A model generated the notes under the pieces. It saw only the letters and a program-made list of their open reading frames with translations. It was not told the DNA's origin and ran no database searches. A stretch of DNA of 63,876 nucleotides, the filler included, from Vezdaea acicularis (Eukaryota): assembly GCA_026025075.1 (NCBI GenBank). It is 3 parts of 3 records of this genome, joined end to end, with 100 filler letters (N's around TTAATTAATTAA, not from the genome) between each part and the next. Parts side by side here need not be neighbours in the genome. Positions count along the whole stretch, not along the records: positions 1 to 30,199 come from JAPEUI010000162.1; positions 30,300 to 60,356 come from JAPEUI010000163.1; 1 more part is not named here. One strand, written 5' to 3'. Within the stretch, counting starts at the first letter, position 1. Each line of letters begins with the position of its first letter. The position numbers and the translations under genes are program-made. Positions 24,697 to 37,900 of this stretch are shown piece by piece.

Positions 24697-27282
24697 TCAG
24701 AATAAGCTCATAATATCCTCATTGGCCTTCTTTGCGCCCGGCTGTTGTAGTGCAGGTGGTGACTGATTACTGCCTACATCAAGTCCAGCAAATCCATTCA
24801 TGATATCTGCGCCGCCGTTAGATTGCCCACCGTTTCCAAACACGCCCATGAGGTCATCAATATTATTATTTGACGCTCCAGTCAGAACGCCTCCACCGTC
24901 GGGTGAATGAACTCTCTGTGGAGTACCTGCAAGGCCCTCTAATCCAGAAGCTCCTGAAGACGGGTGGGTTTGGGAAGAGGCCGGAGCGGCACCGTCAAAG
25001 TCAATGTCAAGGAGATTTTCTGCATTATTATGCAAAGCGGTGGCGCTGCTTCCAACAGCTGCTGTCGCAGCCTCAGCCGCAATTGGATTCTCTCGAGCAT
25101 TTTGCATCTGTTCCCTATTCGCTTCGTTAGTGTATCACTCGAAGGCACGTAAAGGGGGGCCATACTCAATAGCGCGTTTTTGTACTGCATCAGCACCGTA
25201 CTGTCCCTTTCCTACAAATGTCTCTGGTGGCTTATGATAGACTGACGCTAGGGTAGACATCTCGTGCACTAACTCGTCAAGTAGACTCTGGGGCAACGAC
25301 TGTATTGTAGTAGTGATAGGCGGTCGATCTGAAAGGACGATGTTCTAACAGACATTAGCTACCAAGCAGATTAACAATATCTGGGAACGCTGTATTACCG
25401 TTGCAACTTGCCGATCACTGGACAGTAAACGCCAATAAACATATGCCCTGTCACGAATATCTGGATTGTCATTCTGTGCTGTTGCTAATTGGAAGACCTT
25501 TTGGACGAGTGCTTGAGATTTTTCGGGCTTTTTCAAAAAAAGCTTTACCACCGCTGTCAGAATTTGAAGCTGCGTCTGTAGACAGTTAGCTAAAGCTCAA
25601 TCACAGCAATCTAATACGCACCTGCGTGAATTCCTCCATGAAACCATCAACAAATCCAGCTAGTATTTCATCGGCATTGCTGATCTTTTCCGCGTATTCG
25701 CCCACAATCCAGATAAGAGAACCCCTCGCATTCGGCTCATCTAGTTCATCGATACATTTACATAGAGTAGGAATGATACCTTCGTATCCAGGATATCTCC
25801 GAAAAATATCCTTGATGACCACAATCGCCTCCTGAACGACGTAATTTACTTTCGTATTGATAAGATCGAGTAAAGTATTAACGCATTTTTCACTCGCGCT
25901 CTCGATTTTGATCGCGGCTTGCCCTATTGCTTTGACAGCGCGACGAACAAAGTCCATATCAACCTCCAGAGCGTATTCCTTCAATTCTGCGAGCAATTGA
26001 TCCACATTTTTCTCATTGGCTATTCGTACCATAATTTCTAATTTCTGGAGCTTAACGTATGGTGGATCGTTGTACTTGCAAAAGAAGACGCGAAGTTCCT
26101 TGCTCAGTATTTCCGGTTGTTTTTGCAGCAAAAGATCTATATTTCGTAAGGCTACATACTGAACTTCAGGTTGAGAGGAGACAAGTGTAACTGATTAATG
26201 TTAGTGGCAAAACATTGACTGTCACAAGCGTACACACCGAGCGGAGGGGCCATCTTCCTTAGATACTGTTTTGTCAGCTCAGGGTTGACAAATCGCATAT
26301 GTAGAAAGACCACTTTAACGGCAGCAAGAACGACACTTGGGTTGACATGTTGAAATTGAGGCGCGACTCGTTCACAAATATGCTCCGATTCCTTGACGTC
26401 AGTTGCCTTGTAGTCCGCTAGGGTCGTCAAAATTGTGACACGGCCCCATTCAGTGCACTCGTTCAGAGCCATTAACATCTTCTTGAGTGTAGCTGGTGTG
26501 ACGATAAGTGCCTTTGTCTCAGGCGCAGCTTCACTTATTTCCGCAAGTGCAGTTACGCAATTCGCCACAACCATCGGGTTAGGGTCTCCGATCATCTCTT
26601 GTAAAGTCTCTAAGAACCCGTTCTCTAAGCACATAGTGGGGTTGAGATCGAAGAGTTTCGCCACGCATATTGCTGCTGTCTTCCGCACATACGGTGACTC
26701 GTCCCGTAGAGTTTTACGCAATGGTTCCTCCATATAGTCTACCATCTTATCGACCCTGATACATCCCATGGTGCGTATCGCCAGGGCGCGAACTAATGGA
26801 TTGGGATCCTCAGAATCTTGAACGAACGTATTCACTGCCAAGATACATAGATCAGGATGAGATTTCGCGTAGTTCCTGTTAATATTAGCTAGAGAACAAA
26901 TTCTCGAGCTTCATACTGTATTACTCAAAAACTTACATTAAATATAGGTATACGAGCTTCTTCTGATCTAGATCAGCCGTCGCAATATTCTTTAGGACAT
27001 CTGGGAATAGTGCAGAGACATCTTTGCCGAGAGTCATAGCCATTATCGTCTTTTGAATTGATTCTTTCCTAGCTAAAATTAGCACAAGGAGACGAGACCT
27101 GCTAGCTATATCCCAAGGCCTTCATACCGTTCATAAGCATATTGCGATCTATAGGTCTAACGTATTAGAACAACAGTCTTGCGGTGATACATTTCTGAGT
27201 CTTACACAAGGCCAGCTCGAAGCTCGAATGTTTCCCCTTTCCTTGGGGCTGCGAAGGCCTTACTGATCCTATTGACCGCCAT
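24697..27282 (-). CDS. APL2: AP-1 adaptor complex beta subunit (multi-exon, includes a 21-nt exon at 27128-27148)
   Basis: [91 protein letters not shown]; clathrin box NLLDIDF. Confidence 0.93.
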
Positions 27283-28140
27283 TTTCAGTTCGAATTATTA
27301 AACCTGTCCTGGGTTGGGCCCCTCTTTCGCCCCAGGCGGCGTATCCAACCCGGCCTGCCCAAGCTTGTGTAGTCCGTAGTTACCACCGCGTCGGACCAGG
27401 GCTGCAAAGAAGACCTGTAGGGCGCTTCTGTATGTTAATTAGACGCTTTTGAAATCGGTTGTCTAAATTTGATCCCACAGAGTAGTTCATTTAGAAGAAA
27501 TAAATAAATGCTCATCCTTGTTGAAGTTTGGCTAAAACTATCGCGGAAGCGAGCGCATGCGCAAACGAACATCGGCTGCCGTAGAAGGTGCTGCGGAAAC
27601 CGTCCTTCTTTTTATGGTAATTCCTACAGGCAACTTTCATTACCCACAAGGGATCAAATATTGGTTAGAGGTGGTATACTATCACAATGGTAAAGGTCTT
27701 GTCGATCCAAACAGAAAGCATTGCTAAATTTCACACATCTTCAGCCCTCGAACTTGCCCAACCTCCGTCGACTTTTCGTCGAAGCTCGGACCGAGGCAGA
27801 GGAAAGTGCATATTCGAGAAACGCTGTGAGTGTGCCTTATTATGTTACATTCGACGCGGTCCAATGACTGACGGATTTCAAAGTTTTATAATTTTGTACT
27901 ATTCATGTCCTCTGTGGCCGTATTTAGCCTTGCAGCTCAAAGAATGGGAGGCAAGTCTTTGAATGCAACCCACTAGCAATCACTTAGATGGCCTTGATTC
28001 ACCCCTTAGGCGCCCGGGGCTATTGATGTCGGAAAATGATGTGGTGGCTTCTGCCACGAATAGTACACAAGCTACATTAGTATTCATGAAATATCCGCGT
28101 GCTTTGTTTAAAATACCCAAAGCTCCTCGGGAAAAGGATT

Positions 28141-29261
28141 TTAGTCGCTCTCGTCATCATCAAACATAGCAAGATCCGTCAACCCTCTCGCAAGTCTTCT
28201 CTTTGGCTTTTCTCCTGACTCAACGCCTTCATCAGAGCTGTGTCCCCACTGCTTTGCCCCCGCCTGTACGGCCTCAAGATCCTCCCTCAACTCCCTTTCC
28301 TCCTTGATCTGCCTTGCCTTCTCTGCAGAAAATCTTCCTTCCATACCTATATCCTTCAAAAGGTCTCGAAGGTGGTTAATCTTGGACTTAGGCGTCGTAT
28401 ATGAGGCCAGCTCCCGGTGCCACAGCTTTCTTATACCACATTTCAGTAGCCACGATTGCAAACGTTTGATCTCCGCATCCTGCGGGTCAAGGGATTTGTC
28501 TTCCTTCGCTCTCGTCGATTTGAACCTTGGGTTGGCAACTATTTTGGAGGGTTGCGCCGAAGCAGACTTTTGCCGACGTTTTCGTGGAGGTGATTCATCA
28601 AGTACAACTGACATCTCACTATCTGAGAGCTCCGTAGCATTGTTTCGTTCTGAAGCCCCTCCATTCTCTGGGCTGGGTTTCGAGCTGGTCTTTTCCACGA
28701 CAAGCTTTGTTGCTTTTTGTACTGTTCTCCTGGAATTACTGTCCGCGGTGCACCCGTCAGTTTCTGCATCATCTTTTAGTGCTATAGCTGCGTGTTGGAC
28801 TTTCGCGGTCTTTTTAGCTGGAAGTTTGTCGGGAACTTCGCGTTTTGTAGTGCCTCCCTGCGAAGATAACCTTGTCTCGTCTTCGGGCTTATGTGATTGC
28901 TTTTCTCGCACCCTCTTCTTGTTGTTCGGCAGGGTCTTTGCTTTAGTAGTGCTGATATCTAGTAAAGGGGTCTTTGCTGTCTCGTCTCGTAGAGTCTCTT
29001 GCCGTGCCTAAATAGGGTAATCAGCTTCATATCTAAGGCGAGTCATTAGAAACATACGAACTCAGAAGCGATAACCTCCTTGCTTTTATCCTTCCACTTT
29101 GTGTCATTTTTGAAAAATCCGGGCTTGATCCCAAGGTTTGTCTCCGCAGCTGAGCGCACTTGTTTTGGGGTGAGAGTCTCTGGATTACCGGACTTGAAAA
29201 CCTCATGGACAGCATCTATGAGAGCTTTTTGCAGTACTGGGTCATTAGGGTTATCTGACAT
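28141..29261 (-). CDS. HIRIP3-like chromatin protein (DEK-C-like N-terminus), 2 exons
   Basis: N-terminus LTPKQVRSAAETNLGIKPGFFK; C-terminus EIKRLQSWLLKCGIRKLW..HLRDLLKDIGMEGRFSAEKARQIKEERELREDL. Confidence 0.75.
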
Positions 29262-30072
29262 CTTGATCTTTAAGAGTGTGGTTCGACCTCGTAGAGGAAT
29301 AAGGACAATAGAAGTTAAGTGGAATAGCGGCGTAAAGCCGCGCCTAATGTGCGAACCGTTACGCTTCGTTTGCCTGATCAAATGTCATCCTTGGGGGAAG
29401 AAAAAGATACCCTTCCGAACGCTGGGGATCACAAACCTAAGGCCAAAGTAAGATTTCCGGCAGAATTGATGGCGCAAAAGAAATTAGTTCCCTACGAGAA
29501 GAGACCACAGGCTCGAAATAGCAGAATCACCTTACGAAGCAATGAAATTGACCGGGAGCTTTTTGATTGTAAACAAAACTTAGACACGGTAATTACTGAC
29601 TGTAACACACGTCAATGAATAATCGTGCCCATTGATCGCATTTGCGGGATCAAATTTAGTCGTAACCTCAACCTTAAGCCCGTATAGAGCTCAGGAAACA
29701 GTCTAAGCTCGGACGCCGATATCGATGCATGTATGACTTATGTAGGGTTGGAGCACTGTTGCATCGTTTGGCCGCATGGACTCGCCTACCAGTAATAGTT
29801 TCAGGGCCAAAATTTGCATTGAAAGTTACTAGGAGATAGGTTTCTCTGAAATGGAAAGATCTTTGATGAGCTGTCTTGCGAAAGCAAATCCGGCGCAACC
29901 CCCATTGATACACTAATATCGCTTAGTCTCGCCAGATTCGGCATGCCGCGCGCAAATCTCCGTGCCGCTCATGAGCTTCTTAACATGATTCGACAACAGA
30001 CTTAGCGTAAAAAAAACTCATCTGTGTCGACATCTAGAGCCAGCGCCACGGCTGGCCGGCCGAAGCAAATTG

Positions 30073-30199
30073 TTAGGGTTAGGGTTAGGGTTAGGGTTAG
30101 GGTTAGGGTTAGGGTTAGGGTTAGGGTTAGGGTTAGGGTTAGGGTTAGGGTTAGGGTTAGGGTTAGGGTTAGGGTTAGGGTTAGGGTTAGGGTTAGGGT
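30073..30199 (+). repeat. Telomeric repeat (TTAGGG)21, right chromosome end
   Basis: 21 perfect TTAGGG units 30073-30198 running into the contig end, G-strand oriented 5'->3' toward the end. Confidence 0.97.
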
Positions 30200-30299
30200 N
30201 NNNNNNNNNNNNNNNNNNNNNNNNNNNNNNNNNNNNNNNNNNNTTAATTAATTAANNNNNNNNNNNNNNNNNNNNNNNNNNNNNNNNNNNNNNNNNNNN
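30200..30299. other. Artificial contig-joining spacer
   Basis: 44 N + TTAATTAATTAA (stops in all six frames) + 44 N. Confidence 0.97.
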
Positions 30300-31735
30300 C
30301 CCCCGCGCGGCGGCAATCCTGGAGACCCCGCCGCAGCAGACCCCTCCTACCCCCCGCAAAAAAAGAAAAACAAGCCGTTTGGGCTCCCCCGGCGTCTGAG
30401 GGCGGTGCCAGCGGTGCAGATGCCGTCAGAATCGCCCTCCGTCCCGCGACGACCTTTTTCCCGTTGTGATGCGTCACAATCGGCTACGCGCCAACCCCGG
30501 CCGCGCTTTCCTCCTGCCACGCCTGCTCCTTCCCCCCCCCGTGGGCGCCCCCCCCCTTCGTCCCCCTCGCCTGTCGGCAAAGCCGCCGCGTATACTTGTG
30601 GTCTTCCAACTAATAAAACCCCCCCGCCGGACGAGCCCAGAGGAGCACCGACGCAGGATCAAAGTCACAGCTAAGCAGATGCAGAGACGCCCGCCTGCCC
30701 TAGCCGTTCGCCATGACGGGGCCATGTGCTCAGCCGAGCTTTTAATTCCCGCGTGGCCGCGGTCGACCGGGCAGGCTCGGTCGACAGCCAATCCCGTCCT
30801 GGACCCTGGATGTGATAGCAAGTTTCGTCATCCGCTCACGGACACACGGTGGCCCAACGTTTCCCTCCCCACGACATCTATCGTCGACCGCACCATGACA
30901 ATTCTCCGAGATGCTCCGGCGACGTGCCCGTCGTAAGCCACCGTTGATAAGCGTTTGGGCAGCCAGCGTGGTCGTCTTGTGCGCCTCGAGCGTCCAACGC
31001 CTCTTTTCTCCCTCTCTCCCCATCAGTGCGAGCGTTGGGAAGCCTGCATGATCAACCCCGTCAAGCTTTCTCTTCGTGGCTTGTGACAGCGAGGAAGGAG
31101 GCCCCGAATCGTATGGGGTGCCGCCGTGACGAGATTCGAATGCCTATTGGCTGCGATTGCTCTTCCGATTTAACGTACTGCCAAATGTGGTCAGCAACTG
31201 AACGATCCCCCCCCTGTTTGGAGTGAAACCTCCAATAGCACGTTGAAGGCTATAGTTGTACTTCTCGTATCTCAAATCCTATGAGAGAATCATACGTATG
31301 CATTGTGTCTGGTCCGCTGTAAAAGAGGGCAGCCTAGTGGGGAACAAAGACATCAAATCAGATTCACGACCTGGCGGAAAACAGAAAGCACATCATCATG
31401 GCCTGCAAGATCTGAGTGACATACATGAGCGATGAGAGAATATTTTCTTTGTCGGCCATGTCATAGGCAATCGACTGTCTTCGAGATCACTGGTTTAATT
31501 AGGCCCAGCAGAAAGCCCAAAGGACCATTGGCAGGATGCCGCTAGATAAAAAAGGCGGGATAGATTACTTTCTACGCTGTCGGATGCGCGGGATCCAAGG
31601 CCATGGCTCACTCTGCTCATAACCAGCAGTAGTCCATTGTGACCGTAAATCGTATGTCATCCGGGCAACGCATCTTTGACGTACGGCAGATGGTTCATTT
31701 GTTGTATAGCGAACGGAGTTCTTCGGTGGCTCATC

Positions 31736-34051
31736 TCAAGCTATGATGCTGTTCGAACCTGTGGTCACCGCTTTGCCCCTCTTGCCTCGTGCTCTTTGGA
31801 CTTTTTGGGCTGCAAACCTAGCCCTTGCATTCTCAATCCCGGGTTTTGCCTGCTTCGGCAGCTCTATATTGATCGCTGCTCCCTTGCTTGCAAACGCTTT
31901 CTCTTTGCTTTTCGCCTTCCATTCAGTTTTCCTTCGCTTATAGAGATCCATTGACCAATTTCGCCATACTGCTCTTCCGATAGGTGACTCTCTTAGAGCA
32001 GGCTCGCTCCGAGCCAGTTCGTCGGCGATCCGCTCCTTGTAGTAACTCAAGTCATCGGTGGCCTTCCAAAGAACGTCAATTAGATGGGAGCCATGCCGGT
32101 TCAAGGCGAGCCGGCCAACATGACCGAAGAGAGGATATATAACCTTGCGGCGGTAGTTGGGTTGGGAGCTGGAGGACGTGAGGGATACCTGCAGAACACG
32201 GGAGGCGATGGGATCTGTGGCAAACCCGAGAAGCCTCTCATGAGGCTGCGCCACTAAACTGCTGTAGATTAATTCAGAAAGAAGACCTTGAGAGCAAAGC
32301 ATAGCTTGTGCGAGAAAAGATGCGTGTATTTGTGCAGGGGTTCTCTGTGGAGCTTTGCTGCCTTCTGGGAAAGGCCCTCTAAGATCATCGTCCGTGAATC
32401 CTAACATCGTAGGGAGTCTCTTGGTGTCGTCCTCACCGTATACTGCTCGTAAGGCCTCCGCAACCTGCTCAGTGGCGATGTCTCTAACTAGACACCTTTC
32501 GATAAGGGTTTTTATAATCGACGTTCTGGACTTTTCCACGAGTGTCTCTATGATAGGTAAGATCCTTTCAATTGCTGCCTGAAGATCGTCCTTGCTCAAC
32601 CTCTCGAGTATTCTCATTACAACGTATCCAGCAGTTTCGTTCTTCGCCAACACGCCAAGTTGTTCCTCGAAGAGGCCCTTGAAGAGAGCCTTGAATTTCT
32701 TCCCCGGGGCACCGCCAACGATCGTCTCGACAAGATGGGAGCCGACCGGATCATATATCAGACTTTTGATGAATGTTGCGCTCTCCGTCTCGGCTATTGG
32801 TAAATCTTCTGGTATTAGCTTCCGAAATAATGACCCAGCATTGGCGTTCTGGCTCTTCTGTGATTTGTCGCGCTCGAATTCAAGCTCGAGCAGGAGCTGA
32901 AGCACTGGACTTCCACTGGGATGTGTTGCTATTGCACGAGCAGCACTAATATCCATATTACTAGTTACTTCCCTCATAATCTTATCTATAGCTTGGTGGA
33001 ATGAGTCAGGGATGATGCGTTGCTCCAATCCCGTGGATGAATGGGTCCCGTCTGGCGCTGCTGCGGTGATCTTTTCTTTACGCTTGCTCTGAAGAAATTC
33101 CTTAGCAGCTTCATTCTCCAGTGGCCTTCCAGAGAGCACGAGTAGAAGCATTCGAAGAGCGTGAGATGCGAATCGGTCTGTCAATAGATAACCCAGGTTG
33201 CCTTCCAGTTCATTCAGTGTGTACAGGAAGAGGTTCTCCATAGATACGAAGGCGATTTCCCGTCCGATGTTTTCAATCGCTTCCTGCTGCTCGTGGAATG
33301 GCATGACAAGTTCCTCGGAGACTACTGCAGCTGCTTTCTTGAAAAGTGCTTCGCAGCAATGGGACGCAAAGCGATGCTGTACGAGTTGTAGAAAACTATT
33401 CAAGTTAGTAAATGCACAAGCCAAGAACACTTCTAGAAACCTTACTGCCCACTAAACTTCTGAAAGAGTGATTTGAGCTGGTCACAGGTCGAGAGCAGGA
33501 TTAGCCGTTCCATCAGGCGCGAACAAGACTGACTATTAGCAATCTTCAGCTCCTTACCCTCCGCCTCGCGATAGACATTGGCTAAGAAATGAATGCGCTC
33601 TAGTTTATCGTGTCAGTCTCGGTGAAATATCAGGTCAGGGTAGCCAAATACCATCTACTCCATTGAACTGATTGAATTCCAGCATATCGCCCGCACGTCT
33701 AAAGTATTCTTGCTCTTCTTCATTCAAGAGCCCGTAAAAAGGGTTGTTCGAAACCTGCGTAGCGTCTTCAAGAGAATGATCAATGTTTTCTACGTAGCTT
33801 CGTTCCGAGTGAATATTATATAGAGGATCTCTGACCATACCCCCCGACCCGTAGTCATTTAGTCTTTCTGTTAGGTCGTCATGATCGTCGATATAGCCAT
33901 TTAAGTCCATTCCGGAACTCGATCTAACTCGCTCCTCATGTGCTTCCACAAAGTTTTGGGAGGGTAATCTCTTCTCTAGGATAGTGTGGTCTTTTCTCCG
34001 GTCATGGTCTGCCGCCCTTCTCCCTCGTACCCTTTTATTCGCTTTAGGCAT
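31736..34051 (-). CDS. NOP9: Nucleolar protein 9 (Pumilio-repeat, 18S rRNA maturation), 3 exons
   Basis: [83 protein letters not shown]. Confidence 0.92.
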
Positions 34052-34459
34052 CAGAGCGTTTGGTACTTCTCCGTTACTCTACATAAAGTTTTACGTTTGA
34101 TAGCGACCTGGCGTTTGTTCCCAAGTTCAATATAAAAATTCGAATCGTCTCCTTGGAAGAGCTTCCATTTGCAGTCGTACAACAATATAATTCTACCTGC
34201 AACTCTAACGATCGTCGTAGTGGGGTGAGAGTTCAACAGAGATCAAGAGGATTTTGCGTTACTTCGGAATGTCGAGTGTATTCTAAGGCCTTTTTATTCC
34301 CGACAACTTAGCTAATTCTCTGTTCCCAAATGTATCAAGCTTCAGATTAGCCTTCATATGGTCTGAGTTGTGGTCGAGTTTTAGCCGAATCATTCGAATG
34401 GAAACACCCAGGCGAGACGCCATACCAACGGGGGTTTCTCGATGTATGTGCAGGAAGTA

Positions 34460-34676
34460 CAGGGCTAATGCTGTTCCGCCAAGACTTTGGACTCGACCTT
34501 TCTGCGCTTCCGGCACCACGACACCAGATGCTACTGTGTTTTCAAAACTTCCAGAGTCACTATAGCATGGTCTTAGATGTCCTCTACAACTGAAATGTTT
34601 GATTTCAGCTGAAGCGCGGACGATAGAGAGTTGCAAAAATCGGCCGCCACTTCTTGGCGGAACAGCTTTAGCCCTG
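34460..34676. mobile_element. MITE-like element, 217 bp, 25-bp terminal inverted repeats (Tc1/mariner-type ends)
   Basis: Left TIR CAGGGCTAATGCTGTTCCGCCAAGA (34460-34484) matches the reverse complement of 34652-34676 at 24/25; TA immediately 5' of the left TIR; right flank AC rather than TA. Confidence 0.65.
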
Positions 34677-34991
34677 ACCCCTCGTATGCCCTCATGAAGA
34701 CACATGCCTATTCGACGACGTCCCCACACGCAGCACACTTTCTGTAAAACAATTTGATTCCTGAGGGACGTCGAGAGCCATGTGATGGCCGCCAAGCTTA
34801 GAGTACGACAAGATAGCTTGGAAAACTAGATTACATGTAGGTTTGCTCATCACGCTAATAAAACTCGAGGACTAAACTATGCCTAAACAATCACCAAATC
34901 CCACTATCTGACACTCCACACCTCTAACGTTCGCTCATTTCATGTCTCGTACAGTAGAGCGCTGGTCATGTATTCGCCGCCTGTCCAACGA

Positions 34992-37900
34992 TCATGTGGC
35001 TGCCTGTGCATGTTCTCCTTCGCCTTGATATGTCCATTCTTTGATCACGCGAATCTTTTCATAGAGCTCTGTGTCCAAGAAGTTAAAATTCGGATCAAAT
35101 GCGCAGAACGGATGCTGCGTAAGGATAGTCTCTGCGGTTGGTCGATAGCCTGGGTCTCTGAAAAAGTAGTATCGTCAGCGAAGTTTTGCATAAGAGTGTG
35201 AGCTCAGGGTAATCACTTACATCGTGAAGCAGTCCAACATGAGCGAGTACGCCTCAGGGCTAATGTTCTCGCTGACATCTGGTGGAATCGGCGGGGCTTG
35301 GTTCAAGCTACCAAGCTGATAGATTGCACCGACTATCTCATGTTTCGCAAAAGGGCGGCGCCCGGCAAACATCTCTAGAACAACGCAGCCAAGAGACCAC
35401 ACATCAACTTTTGCGCTGTAGCCAGCAGCCTCCGATCGTACCACTTCCGGCGCCATCCAGAAGACGGAGCCCTGCATAGTGTTGGACGCGTCGTTGCCGT
35501 ATATATTATCCGTTTTCTTGCTAATGCCAAAGTCTGAGATTTTGCATGTCCCATCCACATCGAGCAAGATGTTGTCAGCTTTTAAGTCGCGGTGCAGTAT
35601 GCCCTCTCGATGCAGGTAGGCCAAGCCATCCAGTGTCTGCCTGGTAAGTGAACGCACAAGAGACTCCTCAAATCGGCCATGCTTGCGCAAACAACTGCCT
35701 ACGGATCCACCATTGATATACTCAAGGAAGATGCTGATAGAATATTCTCCGCGTTCGCATCCGAGATACTGAACGATGTTGTTGTGGTCGAGATGTTGCA
35801 TGGTCTCGATCTCCTGATCCAAAGCCGCAACCATCTCCTTTACTCGCTCTTGGTCTTGACCAGCCGCTTTATGGTTGACTTCGACTTGCTTGACCGCGAT
35901 CAATTCCGATCTCATGTTACCGTCGTCATCATGAATCATATTCAAGCCGAGGTAAACACGGCCATACGTCCCTTTACCGATGAGCTGACCCTTGTACACT
36001 TTGAAAGTCATCTGGCGCTTTGGCATCTTTCCCTGAAGGATTGGCTCCGCGGTACGAGCCATAGATCCCCTGGAAGGTTTCATCTGCACCACATTGGCGC
36101 CGAACATCTTCGTGCTCTTGCGTCGGACGATGTCACCAGACTTCTGTGCTGGCGCTGTGTTCCGCTTTCGGTTCGTCTCGCGTGCTCCACCTCTCGCAAC
36201 TTCACGGATTGACTTCATACGTGAAAGACCCCCAGAACGCCTGAGATTCCTATGGGCCAGATTCTGGACGGATGGTTCCCCACGACGAATTCCCATTGTA
36301 TCGGAGTCAATGTTATCACTTTCTTCAGATATGGACATAGGCGTTGTGGATCGGCTGCTATGTCCGGTCAGATTAGATGTTCGGTGAAGCGATGCAGCTC
36401 CCGAGCCAAGAGACATCATATCCATCGGATTTCGGTCAAGAGCGGAGATTGGAGAGCCTGGAGGTGACAAAGTGTTGGTTGAATTGGCCATCTCAACGGG
36501 CTGATCAAGGTCAACGGTAGGGAAGAAGTCATCCAGCTTATCGAGGACAGCTTCAATCGGAGGTCTGCTTGCCCACACAGCTCCTTCCGCGAACGACTCC
36601 CGGCGGGTGTCTCTTATCTCATTTGGGGACCAACTTGTAGAAGCCGCAGATTCAGGCATACGACGTTCGGCGCTCGAAAATTCTTCTTCTTCACCATAGC
36701 TTGATGTAAGTCGCGTAGAATGACCCGTGGGAACTTCCGTGGAAGCCGTATTGACAGACGACGAGTCGGTGCGTGCGATTGACGGTGTGAGTGGAGGAAC
36801 TGGCGACTGAAATGAAACCGCTTTTTTTGCAGCCCTGTCGGTTTTGTCGGTTATGACTCGAAGCGTTGGCCTCCCACTTTTGCTATCTGCAGAATCATTG
36901 GCTACGTCGTCGCCAGAAAGGGCGTCTCCAACAGCTTTAGGGGTCTTCTTTTTCCTCATAGCAATAGGGACTGCGAACAATCCATCATCGGATGATTCAT
37001 CGGATGCTTGCTGAGGGACGTTTGGCGATTTGGCAAACTGAACTTCGGTCTCCTGGAAAAGTAGGTTTGGTCCAGTAGATCTTCTCATAAATGCAGGTCG
37101 GTCGCTAGTAGGGCTAGCTTCAGGAGATGCCTTAGTCTGCGCATTCCTGATGGCTGTGACAGCGGGATTCTGGGGTATCTGGACGAGCAAGCCTTTCTGG
37201 ACAATAGTTCGGTCTTCTTGTTCACTGTCACCCTCGTACTGAGGAATCTTAAATAACGTATTCTTACCCCAAGTATGGCTGGGACTGCTCGGACTGCTTC
37301 GGCCAGAACCACTCCTTCCCAGATCTACTGAAGCTATCGATCTTTCGTGTTTCGCCCGCTGCCCGGTGGGGTATGCAGTTTCAGACTCGATAGAAATAGT
37401 ACTACCATCGATATACGCCTTTCGTCGGTTGGCCCGTTCTGATGGATCTTCGGCAGAACCACCGGACCTACGCTTTTCGTTCTGCTCTGTGAGAGATAGG
37501 CGAGCCTGATTTCCAGTCTTTTTACTCAACGAATTAGCTTTGATGAGCGTACTTGACTCTGCAGGTGGAGGTGGGGGTCGTCTTTGAGGTATAAGCTCAG
37601 CAGGCTTCTTATCCTCATACGGAGATCCCCGAGGCCTATCAAAGTCGACAATTCTGTCGCTCTTGATTCCAACCACGCTTGAAGAATCAATCGGAGAACC
37701 CTTCTTGGATTTGTGTTGCTGCATTGACGAATGATGAACTTGCGTGCGGTCCATCTCAAGTCGATGCTGTTCGGCAACTTCATGAAGGGGCTTCTCAGCT
37801 AAGGCTTCTTGAGATCCTGCGTCTCGTTCTGAAGCCAGTGCATTCAACCGTGCATCAAACATGTCCGGTGCTCCGCCGCTCACTGGCGATTCCGTTATGC

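Noticed and set aside
30244..30255. TTAATTAATTAA palindrome between N-runs (also at 60401-60412)
   Set aside because: Artificial six-frame-stop linker. Adjacency across it has no biological meaning.
30024..30255. Poly-VR and poly-GL ORFs
   Set aside because: Translations of the telomeric repeat.
34283..34795. 170-aa minus-strand ORF as a transposase or gene
   Set aside because: No DDE or HTH motif. It merely runs through the MITE-like element.
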